Notes: generated by a model from the letters alone, not told the origin. A stretch of DNA of 64,000 bases from Octopus bimaculoides (GCF_001194135.2 NC_068984.1:22450913-22514912); one strand, 5' to 3'. Positions 38,472 to 52,667 are shown, counted from the first letter of the stretch. Translations and numbers: made by a program.

Positions 38472-39455
38472 GTGCGAGCTGGCTGAAACGTTAGCACACC
38501 GGGCTGGATAAATCGTGGCATTTCGTCTGTCTCTGCATTCCGAGTTCAAAATTGAGGTTGACTTTGCCTTTCATACTTTCGGAGTTGATAAAATAAATAC
38601 AAGTTCAATACTGGGGTTGATGCAATCAACTTACCCCCTTCTCCTATCGGAAATTGCTGACCTGTGCCAAAATTTGAAACCCTTGTTATTTCTATCATCG
38701 TTGTTGTTATTATTATTATTATATATTAAGGCAGCGAGCTGCCAGAATCGTTCGAACGCCGAGCGAATGCTTAGCGGTATTAAGTTTGCTGCTATGTTCT
38801 GAGTTCAAATTCCGCCGAGGGCGACATTGCCTTCCGGGATTCATTAAATAGGTGTCGGTTGAGTACTGGTGGTCGATGTAATCGATTTGCTCCTTACCCC
38901 AAAATTTCAGGTTTGTGCCTACAGTATAAAGGATTATTATTATTATTACTATCATATATAAAGGCGGCGAGGTGGCAGAAACGTTAGATCGCCGGGCGAA
39001 ATGCTTAGCGTTATTTCGTTTGTCCTTACGATCTGAGTTCAAATTCCACCGATGTCGATTTTGTCATTCATTCTTTCAGGGTTGATTACCGGTTACGCAC
39101 TGGGATCGATGTAATCGACTTAATCTCTTGCCCTCAAAGTTGAGGTCTTGTACTTCCAGTAGAAAAAATTATCAGCATCATCATCCTTATTATTATTATT
39201 ATTATCATCCTTATTATTATTATTATCATCCTTATTATTATCATCATCATCATCATATATTAAGGCGGCAAGCTGGCAGAATCGTTATCAGGCAGGGCGC
39301 CACGCTTAGCGGCATTTTGTCACGCTTGAGGTCGACTTTGTCTTGCATGTTTTCGGAGGTCGATAAGACAAGTATCAGTTGCGTACTGGGGTCGATGTAA
39401 TCGACTTAACCCATCTCCCAAATTTCAGGCCTTATGGCTTTATTAGAAAGGATAA
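38472..39455 (+). mobile_element. Tandem array of four SINEs
   Basis: Heads at about 38472, 38728, 38961 and 39262, each separated from the previous copy by (ATT)n/(ATC)n tails. Confidence 0.9.
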
Positions 39456-39769
39456 TTATTATCATTTATTGAAGTGGCAGTAGCAGCAGTACAAGTGGTA
39501 GTAGTAGTAGTAGTAGTGGTAGTATGTTTGGAATAACATTGAGAAGTAAACATTTCACCATTATCCTAATCATCGTCGTCATCAGCTTCATCGGCATGAT
39601 GATGATGATGATGATGTCGATCATCGGCAACAATCCTACCCACAAAAATATCAATAACTACAGCATCTTGCGTGGAGTGTCACTACAAGGAGCTATGAAT
39701 GTAGTGACAGTCACAAAGCCTCAACAACAATGATAACGATAACGGAATGAATAGATAAGAACACCATAG

Positions 39770-39809
39770 ATATATGTGTGTGTGTGTGTGTGTATGTATG
39801 TATATATGC

Positions 39810-39879
<70 letters not shown>

Positions 39880-39885
39880 CTGTAG

Positions 39886-39922
<37 letters not shown>

Positions 39923-39952
39923 TATATAGATATATAGATATATATATATATA
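39770..39952. repeat. (TG)/(TA)/(TC) microsatellite block
   Basis: Directly visible. Confidence 0.95.
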
Positions 39953-40924
39953 TGACTGCAGCAGTAAGTAACTAATGCATTGTTATTGATTAAAGAAATT
40001 TAGAAAGAGCTGACAGTTAGTGAGTCTCTGTAAAAGAACTACAATACTACAATATATAATAATGATATTAGTTCAAGACAGTAGGTTATTAGCAATAATA
40101 AAATTGCCTGGAACAGATAGACACACACAACAACACACACACACACACACACACACATACAAGCACCCACAGATAGACACACACACAGACACACAAACAA
40201 GCACACACATACATACACACACAAACGCGCACACACACACGCATGCTTGCAAACAAACACACCTTCACACGTACAGATGTATGCATAAAGATGTGTGAGT
40301 ATGCTTCTGTGCATGCGATTGTAAGTATTCCTATGTGTATGTCCATAAATGCAGACGGATTAACAAGTGCGCGCGCGCACAGCACACGCATCTATGTGTA
40401 TACCTGTGTATATATTTATGGATCTATCTATCTATCTCTCTCTATATATATAAATATATGTATATATATATATATATATATATANNNNNNNNNNNNNNNN
40501 NNNNNNNNNNNNNNNNNNNNNNNNNNNNNNNNNNNNNNNNNNNNNNNNNNNNNNNNNNNNNNNNNNNNNNNNNNNNNNNNNNNNNNNNNNNNNNNNNNNN
40601 NNNNNNNNNNNNNNNNNNNNNNNNNNNNNNNNNNNNNNNNNNNNNNNNNNNNNNNNNNNNNNNNNNNNNNNNNNNNNNNNNNNNNNNNNNNNNNNNNNNN
40701 NNNNNNNNNNNNNNNNNNNNNNNNNNNNNNNNNNNNNNNNNNNNNNNNNNNNNNNNNNNNNNNNNNNNNNNNNNNNNNNNNNNNNNNNNNNNNNNNNNNN
40801 NNNNNNNNNNNNNNNNNNNNNNNNNNNNNNNNNNNNNNNNNNNNNNNNNNNNNNNNNNNNNNNNNNNNNNNNNNNNNNNNNNNNNTATATATATATATAT
40901 ATATATATTTCGGTTGTACTCTAT

Positions 40925-40955
40925 ATATCTACCTACCTACCTACCTAGATGGATG

Positions 40956-41031
<76 letters not shown>

Positions 41032-41055
41032 TGTTAATAGATAGATAGATAGAAA
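40925..41055. repeat. (TACC)/(GATA)n microsatellite
   Basis: Directly visible. Confidence 0.95.
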
Positions 41056-41884
41056 TGCAAACAGACAGACGGACAGACACATTTGTATGCCAGATGGTTT
41101 AGGTTAAAGAAAAATTTTCGATTGCTCTTTATCTTAATTTGCAGATATATTTAGATAGGGAAGTAGGTGCAATTCTCCCTCTGGATGTAAAGGAATGTTC
41201 GTGCTGCATATATCTAATCACAGTTCCATTATCCTTAAGTCTCGTGTAACTTCTTCCTGTATGGTCGGCATGATTTATTGTTACTCTGTACGCCATATAC
41301 CACATGTTCTATATATCATATTTTCGCTTCCTTCGTTTTTAACAAATTCATGGCAACAAACTCCTGTGGCGATGCCTGAGCTGTGTTTTGAACCATATCT
41401 CTCCGAATTCTCCATCTCGGCACTCCGACAAGTTATACCACCATATTAGGCTTTATTTACTACGCGACAGTGGCTCGACCGATCAGTATTGGCTGGCTTG
41501 TTATGGTTGATGCAGTGAACTTCAAAACAAGTCTGCGAGTTTTCCCGACATATAGACTGATCATTATGGAAAATTTTCTTACAGCAGTAAAAAGCTGACG
41601 GGTTCAACCTAACAACAGAGCAGCCAGATATCCAAGCAGAGAACTGCGTAGTTTTACTCAGTAGTGAAGTGGTCTCTCTTTCACATTTTCTTACGTAACA
41701 TGCTTAAGTCTTATCTGTCAAAATGTACCAACTTTGAATTGTAGTGTCTAATTACTTATATATTACTTATATGCAGCAGTTTTAGCTCTACTTATTTCGT
41801 CTTCAGTACCATTATATAGTGCAAATTAAAGATTTTCCCTGACTCATTCTCAAGGACTGGGATAAGCGAAACTTGGCATAATTA

Positions 41885-42750
41885 TTAGTCCTTCTCTATA
41901 TAGCCACCACCAATGGTAACACATTGCGTCTGGAGCCATGACTTTACCTCGGAAATAAGTTCATCATCATCCGAAAAGTGTTTCCCCTTCAAAAACGACT
42001 TCATGGTTGGAAAGAGGTGGAAGTCAGATGTGCGAGGTCCGGAGAGTAAGGAAAATGAGAGAGGGTGCTTTCATCTGGGCAACATGCGCATTGTGAACTG
42101 GAGCCTTGTCTTGGAGGAGGCGAACTCCTTTGGTCAGCATGGCACGCCCCTCTGCTGTGATGGCGTCTTTCAATTTCTGCAGCAAAGAAACATATGTCCC
42201 GTTAATTGTGGTGTCCTTTGCCAGAAAATATATCATTACTACTCCGTGCTTGTCCCAAAAGACCGAACATCACCTTGCCAGCTGCGGGTTGGACACGAGC
42301 CTTCTTTGTATGTGATGAGTTATCATGTTTCCGTTGCTTCGACAGGACTTTAATCACAAGATCATAGTGATGGACCCATGTTTCATTCTGTCATAATTCT
42401 GCCAAAAGACCTTTTCTTTTCTTTTCTTTTCTTGCACATTGCCAAAAGAACCTGAGAGCAATTGACTCGTTCCTGCTTCTGTAAAGGTGTGAGCATCCGG
42501 GGAATACATCGTGCAGATTGTGAATGGACCCTATACTTGCCTTCACTTCTTGGGCTCCTTGCCGAATAGTTATGCGGTGGTCCTCCAAAATGGCGGCTTC
42601 CAATTTATGGCGGGTGTCGGCATAAATAGCAGAATGTGGTCGACCAGGAACAAGAGCAGTTTCCACCGAGTCCGACCATATTTGAACTGGCGATGCCAGT
42701 GCTTATATGCGTCGTATGATGGTGCATCGTCACCATAATTATTTACAATT
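41885..42750 (-). pseudogene. Mariner transposase pseudogene (frameshifted)
   Basis: Minus-strand motifs occur in order: YGDDAPSYDAYKHWHRQFKYGR, GRPHS, ILEDHRITIRQ, TWVHHYD, LLQDKAPVH, APSDFHLFP and QCVTIGGGYIEKD* (stop at 41885-41887). Confidence 0.9.
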
Positions 42751-42945
42751 CACGGATATTTGTCCTTATCTTCTTTGTTTGTTAACACAACATTTCGGCT
42801 GATATACTCTCCAGCCTTCATCAGGTGTCTTAGGTAAATTTCGAACCTGGGTAAAGAAATGATCTCACAGATATTTGAGTAAGTAATTTTAAAGTTATCA
42901 TTATTGTCATCTTTATTTACCGCCGGGAACTGCAAATCGTATACT
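42751..42945 (-). mobile_element. PLE terminal-repeat fragment abutting the 5' end of the mariner remnant
   Basis: Contains a minimal hammerhead motif. The sequence is unrelated to the mariner frame, which breaks off at about 42750. Confidence 0.65.
42784..42829 (-). ncRNA. Minimal type I hammerhead ribozyme motif
   Basis: GACAC-CUGAUGA-A-GGCU-(12 nt)-AGCC-GAAAU-GU-U-GUGUU. Stem I GACAC/GUGUU, stem II GGCU/AGCC and the core are all present. Stem III is minimal, with U in place of the usual C15.2. Confidence 0.7.
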
Positions 42946-43724
42946 CATTATTATTAATTCAGCAAGGCTAGTGTAACATACGCTATAATTTATTAGCCGT
43001 TGTCTGAACGATCGTTTTCCCTACCGCAGATACCGTACACACAGATGTAACTCCCAATGACAAATGATGTAGTAAGAACCTACTGCAGATCTCGGCGTCT
43101 GACCGCTATTACCAATGAATATCATGTTTTGTAACAATTCACCAATTTCTCCATGTCATTTTTTCAAGTACGAAAATTGACTGTCCTTTTTTACGCAACT
43201 GCATGATTCATGTTCGCTCCCGTTTCATTTCATCTTAGAGCAGAACCTTTACTATTGCGTCTTATGAGGGAATTAGGGTAGAAAAATAGTGTGGACGCTG
43301 ATCAGAGAGGTTGTTATAATGTTAGATAGTAGTCTTCCCACATTCATTTTAACACCATCAACCGCATCCTTAGCTACTTTAAGTGAATTCAACTCTTTTG
43401 AAGATCTTCCTTTTTATCAGACTAAATCCAAAGCAAAGTCATAAGCGGAGTTATTCTTCTTTGGAATAAGCCGTGGATATATAAATCACTACCTTTTCAA
43501 TCTACAAAATAGATTTCAGAACTTAGTTGGAATGTTATTTTATTGACCCAGAGAAAATGAAAGATAAAGCAGACGTCTAATGGAATTTTGAACTGAGAAA
43601 GTAAAATTTCATAGCAAAATATACCGAGATAATTTGTCTGGTGCCTTACCTATTCTGATAACCCACTGCTTTTTATTATCAACACCGAAGTAACGAGTAG
43701 CAGCAGCAGCAGCTGTATTATCAT

Positions 43725-43736
43725 TATTATTATTAT

Positions 43737-43798
<62 letters not shown>
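43725..43798. repeat. (TAT)/(TAG)n trinucleotide microsatellite
   Basis: Directly visible. Confidence 0.95.
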
Positions 43799-44559
43799 TC
43801 TTTTGCCGCAGTGTGGTTATGAAAGATGAGGTTGGTATCAGGCATATATATATATGTTATCTAACCTTTAAATATTTTATTGAGAACAATTATAACGGAG
43901 ATATAATTCAGCCCTAGCTTGTCTAACCATAAAGTATTCGCTGGAAACAGTTATGATGAAGGAGGTAATAATTTAGCGATTGTGTATGCAGGAACCAGGC
44001 GAAGACAATAAAGATTATTATGCAGAAATACAATTAGGTGTAAATGTGGATATTTATAGTGAAACTATATCCAGTCACTAGTCTAAGATCTGTCCAAGGT
44101 TTTCAATACCACGTACATAAAAAAAGTTTACAGTTAGGTTAATTTCAGTTGTTTATATTGTTGTCTGTCTTGGTGAAAGAAGGAAAGAAAACATCCATAA
44201 AGCACGCCAACACTAATTGAGAAATACCAGCAGTCAGAAAATGGGGATGTATGAAGGAGATATATGCAAAACACTGCTAGTTTCTTTTGCCTCAAACAAA
44301 TGGTCACTCCCAAAATGACATATAATTTACCCTGTATTATACAAAGTTATCTAAAGTCACGAATTTCACTGTACCACTTGTGATTATTGTCTGATACAGA
44401 TTAATGTCAAACGTCGAAAGAGAAGGTATTTAAAGCAAAAGTACACCGTGATTAGAGAGATAAGGGAAGACGGTGAATGATGAAATGTTGCATAATTGTG
44501 AAATAGCGTTCAGCTTTGACCTTTTCTTTCTTAAAGATTTAAAGAGCATTTGTTAGGAT

Positions 44560-44830
44560 ATCGTCTTCGCTCATCAATGGTATTAACAATTTTTACCGCT
44601 TATAAGACACAAGAAGTAACTTGAGGGTCTTTAATAACGATAGAATGGTTATTCGTGACTTTTATAGACAATTGAAATGGTTACATATGAAGTTGCAAAA
44701 CCGGTTCATAACGAAGTTAGTCTATAACTTGTCTTTAGAATATGATAATCGCAATAAAATAAGCATAAGTTTAAAACGTTGGTTCGCTGCTTGCGAAGTT
44801 AAGAAGGAAAACAATGCAAATCAATAGTAT
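44560..44830 (+). mobile_element. 3' fragment of an RTE-like LINE
   Basis: RQLKWLHMKLQNRFITKLVYN...LKRWFAAC resembles the RTE C-terminal pattern RQLRW.GH..RM...R..K......KRW.D. Confidence 0.4.
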
Positions 44831-44954
44831 CAAGAAGAAATTAGGAATTGTAGTGCAGCGTAAAAATACGTATATAAATGTTAAGTAAACATACACATAT
44901 ACACACCTATACAACAGCACATATGTATTTATATGTATATAAATGTATGTAAGT

Positions 44955-44987
<33 letters not shown>

Positions 44988-47904
44988 NNNNNNNNNNNNN
45001 NNNNNNNNNNNNNNNNNNNNNNNNNNNNNNNNNNNNNNNNNNNNNNNNNNNNNNNNNNNNNNNNNNNNNNNNNNNNNNNNNNNNNNNNNNNNNNNNNNNN
45101 NNNNNNNNNNNNNNNNNNNNNNNNNNNNNNNNNNNNNNNNNNNNNNNNNNNNNNNNNNNNNNNNNNNNNNNNNNNNNNNNNNNNNNNNNNNNNNNNNNNN
45201 NNNNNNNNNNNNNNNNNNNNNNNNNNNNNNNNNNNNNNNNNNNNNNNNNNNNNNNNNNNNNNNNNNNNNNNNNNNNNNNNNNNNNNNNNNNNNNNNNNNN
45301 NNNNNNNNNNNNNNNNNNNNNNNNNNNNNNNNNNNNNNNNNNNNNNNNNNNNNNNNNNNNNNNNNNNNNNNNNNNNNNNNNNNNNNNNNNNNNNNNNNNN
45401 NNNNNNNNNNNNNNNNNNNNNNNNNNNNNNNNNNNNNNNNNNNNNNNNNNNNNNNNNNNNNNNNNNNNNNNNNNNNNNNNNNNNNNNNNNNNNNNNNNNN
45501 NNNNNNNNNNNNNNNNNNNNNNNNNNNNNNNNNNNNNNNNNNNNNNNNNNNNNNNNNNNNNNNNNNNNNNNNNNNNNNNNNNNNNNNNNNNNNNNNNNNN
45601 NNNNNNNNNNNNNNNNNNNNNNNNNNNNNNNNNNNNNNNNNNNNNNNNNNNNNNNNNNNNNNNNNNNNNNNNNNNNNNNNNNTATATATATATATATACA
45701 TATATATATATGTATATATATATATGTAAGTATACACACATACTCACGCGCGCACGCGCGCACACACACACATTGGTTATAATGGTGTCAGCTATAAAAA
45801 CAAAAATAGTGTTGAAATGTAAGTTCATTATAAGTGAATAAAATATTAAGTTATCACTAGATTCAAATAAGGTTAAGAATAACGAATTAAGATGTCATAA
45901 AACAAAATTAAGTAAAATGAAATAAAGTAACATAAATGGATAGATTAAATGAAGTAAATATGTTAATTGAATTTAACAAATGTTTAATATGTAATATATT
46001 ATTAATTATAAGCTAGGTGATAAGTGGAAATATAGGTGGTCGCTAGAGGAATTAAGTGCTGTATAACGAGGGAAGACAGAAGAATAATATAAGATAAAAT
46101 AAAAGAAGGCAAGTATGTTAATTTGATTAAATAAGCTATTTTGCATATTTTAACTACGTTTAAGGGAGAGTAATGTGTAAGAGAATTATGCAGAGAGATT
46201 TGTCTTAATGCATCTAGATTTCTCTTGAAATCGAAAGGTCTTAAAAAATCATGAACACAATAGGAGAACGCTTTATGTCGTTTGTTTGATAACTGTGTTA
46301 GGTTATGAGATAATAATTGTATAGATTCTTTCAAGCATAATCAACTCGAAATATTTTGACCCTGGTATGGAGGACCCGAATTAATAACGGACAAAGTTGT
46401 ATCGTATGGTTTATTGTTTTCCGTACGTTTGTGCATGAGGTCGACTGGAGAAGTAGATTTACTGTCTTTCATATTTAATAGAACTCAAATGTGCTGAGTA
46501 TCGTTGCTTAATAGTTACAGTTGCTCTAATGTAAACCCTGGTAGAGTATTGCTGGTTATCTAGAGCCGAGCACTTATATATTACGTTAAATCTTCGGCAC
46601 TTGGTTTGTAATGATATCTATCAAGGGCTTTGAGATCGCAATTGGAGTTATTTCTATTAAATAGATTACTATTAGTGTAGCTAAAAATCTATAATGGATT
46701 TAGTTTGGTCCGTATGATTCCTCTTCGTTTTGAAGTATAGGAATGTTACGCATGTATACATAAATTAGAAATTTTATTTTTAAAATTAATGAATTAGATA
46801 TATAAAATAATAGTTTCTCAAGAATCGCCTTACACCAAGTATTTCATATAGTCACAGTGCCAAGGCATGCCTTAACCACAAACCATTCTCCTCATCAGGA
46901 AATTCACTTCTGCCTAGCGTATTTACTAGCGAAATTGTAAAATTTTCTTTAATTGCTTTTTCTTTCTATAAAATTGATAGACGACATGTTACAGGAAACC
47001 GTTATTTGTTTTCTGTCTATCTAATCGGTGCTGAAATGATGGTGCTCATCTCAAGCTGCAACATCTATACAGATCAGTGTGTGTAGGAAACTGGCTGTGG
47101 TGAAAACCTATTCTTTTGCTGATGATACTCAAAGTAATTGTAAGGGGTTTTGTACGAGAAGTAAAAACTAAAATTATTCTCAACACTTTCTTTGGTGTAC
47201 ACCTCTTTCATCCTAGTCAACGAGTCAACAAAGAAAATCTTCATTGGTATTCTATCGATCCCATAGAGGGTTGGGGTGCAACATGTTCTCTAGAATGAGT
47301 TTTCTACAATGAGAATTAAAAGCCAATTTCTCCGTACACTTCGTACTACATCATAGGATCACATTTGTGCTATCCTCAGCCATTAAACAAATACAATTTC
47401 ATTGTTTGGGACTTCAAAGAGCAAAGGGTCATAAGACAAGTTCTGATATTATGCTAGTCTGCAAAGAAAGCAATGAACGCTTCATAGCTGATTCTAATAC
47501 AATTTGAAACCATAAATTTCCCATTATATTTTAATGATTGCTCGTAACTTAGCTTAGCGATATCAGGAATATAACGGACAATTGTAATATTAGACGATAG
47601 AGTATCATGCCCTATCCTTAAATTCGAAACTTGATCGAAAAATTCTACAAATAAAATAAATTCCATACAAAATTCTGCAATACCTGGAACTACGAGTTTC
47701 TACAGAAAAATAGTTCATCTAAAATCTTTACAGCTCATTGAGGGAAAACATAGATTTAACATATTCTCGTTGTCAAGGTATACAATGTATATATTTATAG
47801 TGAGAATCAATAAATAATAATACTGAAAATAATTTTATTAATAATTGGCATTATTATTATTAATAAAATCAATATTTCTTTCGCCTTAAAATATTAAGAA
47901 AATC

Positions 47905-47906
<2 letters not shown>

Positions 47907-47961
<55 letters not shown>

Positions 47962-47962
47962 T
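47907..47962. repeat. (TAA)n microsatellite
   Basis: Directly visible. Confidence 0.95.
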
Positions 47963-48697
47963 AGAAATAAGGATGGAGAAGAAGACAATTGATGAAGATC
48001 GTTAAGTACCGAAACAAATGACTTGTATACAGCGGACGGTACGAAGAAAATTCATTTAGAAAAGCAGCATGCGTACATGTGTGTCTGCGTGTGTGTGTGT
48101 ATGTGTGTGTGCCTGTCTGTTTGTTTGACTACATGTTTGTCAGTCTGCATGTCTGTCTATCTAACTGTGTGTGTGAATGTGTGTGTGTGGATGAGTAGCT
48201 ATGGGCACGTCTGTTTGTGTGTATGTGTGTTTGTACGTGTACGTGCGCTTTCTGTTACAGTAATTATGCATGTGCATACGTATGTATTAAAAAATACTCT
48301 TTATATTAGACATGGTTGTCCGAATTTTGAAGGCAGCTGTGTTCTTTTATCTGAACATGAATATCTAGAAATAATTACATGCATCTTTGTATATCAATCA
48401 ACTCATATAGCAGTTTTGAATGTATTTGCGTGGTCACATTTATCATTTTAGTTCGTGTTCGTTTTCTTTGTTGCTCAAACGAGATTAGAAGAATGTATAT
48501 GAATACGTGAAACATGCGTGTCATGTTTCGCCATTTTAAATCCCACTTGGTAGGCGGTATGAAATTTCAAATTTCACTTTCGAACCCGTGTTTTTATGGC
48601 GAATAATACTTTTGCTAGATCACGATATATTTCGTTCTCAACGTAGAATTCAATTCAATAGGTTTTTGTGGTTCAACATAAAAACGAAACACCGAGG

Positions 48698-48746
48698 CAC
48701 ACGCACGAACGCGCACGCACGCACACACACACACGCACACACGCAC

Positions 48747-48833
<87 letters not shown>

Positions 48834-48853
48834 AACAAACAAACAAACAAACA
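48698..48853. repeat. (CA)n/(CAAA)n microsatellite
   Basis: Directly visible. Confidence 0.95.
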
Positions 48854-49052
48854 CTTATGCACACAGAAAACAGTATGAATTTTTAAAATGCATTTCGGGT
48901 TCTTTTTCTTTTCTAATACACGTCATAATTTTTCCTCCTCAGAAAACAACAAATGTATTGACAAGATAACAAAATTAAGGCTTAATGCAAAAGATATTTT
49001 TGCAGAATCGTTTAGATAATATTTGCATTATATTGTTAATAAGAAAAAGTGA

Positions 49053-49083
<31 letters not shown>

Positions 49084-49195
49084 TGTATGTATGTATGTAT
49101 GTATGCATGCATGTATGTATGTATGTATGTATTGTGTATGTATGTATGTATGTATGTATGTATGTATGTATGTACGTATGTATGTATGTATGTAT
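49053..49195. repeat. (TATG)n microsatellite
   Basis: Directly visible. Confidence 0.95.
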
Positions 49196-50356
49196 AGACA
49201 TCTATGTATGTAAATAGGTTGGTGAGTAGGTAGGTGTACATATACGTGTGTATGAATGCACTTATGTATGTATAGATGTATGCATATTTGTATGTATATT
49301 CCAAGATGGCGGTGACATTTTTGAAACTAGATTAGGTAAATTTTGCAGAGGAAAACAAATTTTCCAGGAGTTCATAGACAAAATGTTTTCCTTCTTTCTT
49401 TCTAAAAACGAGAAAAATATTTTCTGATCAAAAACTAAATTGGAGTAATTATGTAAATTAGAAAAGTATTGGGAAAAGAACCAATGTTTCTCCACGAAAG
49501 CTATAAAAGCAAATATAAAAAAAAAACAACATATTTTTGAATTTTAAATATGCGTGTATACATATATATATGTATATATGTATCTCTCTCTCTATCTCTC
49601 TCTATCAATATATATATATATATATNNNNNNNNNNNNNNNNNNNNNNNNNNNNNNNNNNNNNNNNNNNNNNNNNNNNNNNNNNNNNNNNNNNNNNNNNNN
49701 NNNNNNNNNNNNNNNNNNNNNNNNNNNNNNNNNNNNNNNNNNNNNNNNNNNNNNNNNNNNNNNNNNNNNNNNNNNNNNNNNNNNNNNNNNNNNNNNNNNN
49801 NNNNNNNNNNNNNNNNNNNNNNNNNNNNNNNNNNNNNNNNNNNNNNNNNNNNNNNNNNNNNNNNNNNNNNNNNNNNNNNNNNNNNNNNNNNNNNNNNNNN
49901 NNNNNNNNNNNNNNNNNNNNNNNNNNNNNNNNNNNNNNNNNNNNNNNNNNNNNNNNNNNNNNNNNNNNNNNNNNNNNNNNNNNNNNNNNNNNNNNNNNNN
50001 NNNNNNNNNNNNNNNNNNNNNNNNNNNNNNNNNNNNNNNNNNNNNNNNNNNNNNNNNNNNNNNNNNNNNNNNNNNNNNNNNNNNNNNNNNNNNNNNNNNN
50101 NNNNNNNNNNNNNNNNNNNNNNNNNNNNNNNNNNNNNNNNNNNNNNNNNNNNNNNNNNNNNNNNNNNNNNNNNNNNNNNNNNNNNNNNNNNNNNNNNNNN
50201 NNNNNNNNNNNNNNNNNNNNNNNNNNNNNNNNNNNNNNNNNNNNNNNNNNNNNNNNNNNNNNNNNNNNNNNNNNNNNNNNNNNNNNNNNNNNNNNNNNNN
50301 NNNNNNNNNNNNNNNNNNNNNNNNNNNNNNNNNNNNNNNNNNNNNNNNNNNNNNNA

Positions 50357-50668
50357 GAGAGAGAGAGTACAACAGCGAGAGAGAGAGTACATCAGAGAGA
50401 GAGAGTACAACAGAGAGAGAGAGAGGGTACAACAGAGAGAGAGAGAGAGAGAGAGAGAGTAGAACAGAAAGAGAGGGAGAGAGTACAACAGAGAGAGAGT
50501 ACAACAGAGAGAGAGTACAACAGAGAGGGGAGAGAGAGTACAACAGAGAGGGAGAGAGAGTACAACAGAGACAGAGAGAGAGACAGAGAGAGAGAGAGTA
50601 CAACAGAGAGATAGAGAGAGTACAACAGAGAAAGAGAGAGAGAGAGAGAGAGAGCAGAACAGAGGGAG
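50357..50668. repeat. (GA)n-GTACAACA composite minisatellite
   Basis: The motif 'agtacaaca' recurs between GA runs of variable length. Confidence 0.9.
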
Positions 50669-50704
50669 AATTTAAAAATAGATAGATAGTCAGACAGACA
50701 GATT

Positions 50705-50777
<73 letters not shown>

Positions 50778-51248
50778 NNNNNNNNNNNNNNNNNNNNNNN
50801 NNNNNNNNNNNNNNNNNNNNNNNNNNNNNNNNNNNNNNNNNNNNNNNNNNNNNNNNNNNNNNNNNNNNNNNNNNNNNNNNNNNNNNNNNNNNNNNNNNNN
50901 NNNNNNNNNNNNNNNNNNNNNNNNNNNNNNNNNNNNNNNNNNNNNNNNNNNNNNNNNNNNNNNNNNNNNNNNNNNNNNNNNNNNNNNNNNNNNNNNNNNN
51001 NNNNNNNNNNNNNNNNNNNNNNNNNNNNNNNNNNNNNNNNNNNNNNNNNNNNNNNNNNNNNNNNNNNNNNNNNNNNNNNNNNNNNNNNNNNNNNNNNNNN
51101 NNNNNNNNNNNNNNNNNNNNNNNNNNNNNNNNNNNNNNNNNNNNNNNNNNNNNNNNNNNNNNNNNNNNNNNNNNNNNNNNNNNNNNNNNNNNNNNNNNNN
51201 NNNNNNNNNNNNNNNNNNNNNNNNNNNNNNNNNNNNNNNNNNNNNNNN

Positions 51249-51298
<50 letters not shown>

Positions 51299-52273
51299 AT
51301 GCGTGTGTGTGTGTGTGTGTGTGTCTGTAAACATGAAGTACTATGAGTGTGTTATCTCATGGCTGCTACCACAAAGGAGAATGAAACTATAAAATCTTGA
51401 TAAAAATTTGTAAAGAATCTACTACTGTCTCAGTAAATCTTAACACTAGATTAATTCAGACTTTAGAATCTAACGTTAGCAATCAAAATTTTAGAAAGGG
51501 GCTTCCAAAATATTAATACGAATAAATCGTTCATAAATAAACTAAGAGTATAAGCGTGATCACAAACGCTAACAGAATAGCGTGGCAGTTTTCTTCACAT
51601 TTTCTTTTCTCTGCAGAAAAATATGACTGGTAATAACAAAAAAGAAATGAACCTCATTCTGAGCCAGAAAATAATTGCATGAATTGCACCATCTTTGATT
51701 TGGAGAGGCATTGGCTGTAGCAGAGAGACGGTAGCTGGCCATACGGGAGAATGATACTAATGCACAATAAATTTTGGTTTCATGCTAACCTGAATAGAAC
51801 TCGCGATTGGTGGTAAAACAATCTCTCAGATGGAGAAATGCATTTAAATCTTACAGGGTAGGTCTCCCTTGATGGAATAAAGATTAAGTTACTTAATTCA
51901 ATTTTATTTTGTTTCATGTTATCATGTAAATTATGTTTTAACACAATTACAGATATATTTAAAATCCTAAACTTTGATGCAAATTGTCCACGAAGATATA
52001 ATAATGATATATAAATATTGAAGCATATCTGCTGCAGATGATGGAAAGGACTATTTTCGTGAATGCAATATGGAATATTTCATCTTAATTTTAGCTATTC
52101 AATTTGTATCTGACATTGAACATTAATTGCCTCTAATCCTGAGGACAGAAAACGGATTAACTACTGTTGCTGGAAGCAAGGGAAAAGGAAAGGATGAGAG
52201 TTTCAGTGATGTATAGGCTTGTATGTATGTGTGCGTGTGTGCGTGCATGCATGGGTGCTTATGTATGTTCGTT

Positions 52274-52315
<42 letters not shown>

Positions 52316-52667
52316 GTAAAAATTGAGTTTTTAGTATAAAATTTATAGATTCTGCCAAAATGATGTATTTTAAAGAAATTTTATGCAAATAGCAATCCCT
52401 TTTCACGTGACATGTATATAAATATTCCTCTGTAACACATGAAATGTGTGATATAACTGCAGAGTAAGTGAAATAACACGTCAGAGACGAGTTACCTAAA
52501 GGATGTATTGATGCTTTTGTACAAATTTTACTCCCACAAACAACCAGCTACATTAGATGAAAATATTGGTTTAGTTCCGAGTTGAGTTTCTGGTTCTACA
52601 AAATTCATGGTTAGCGATATTTATATATTCTCGAAACAAGCAACTTGAGAGTCTGTGTTTTATTTGA

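Noticed and set aside
41130-41450. Possible LINE endonuclease remnant on the minus strand
   Set aside because: Only a vague LSECR similarity; no second motif was confirmed.
43646-43715. Minus-strand frame TRYFGVDNKKQWVIRI ending at a G|GTAAGG donor
   Set aside because: Upstream is a trinucleotide microsatellite with no credible acceptor.
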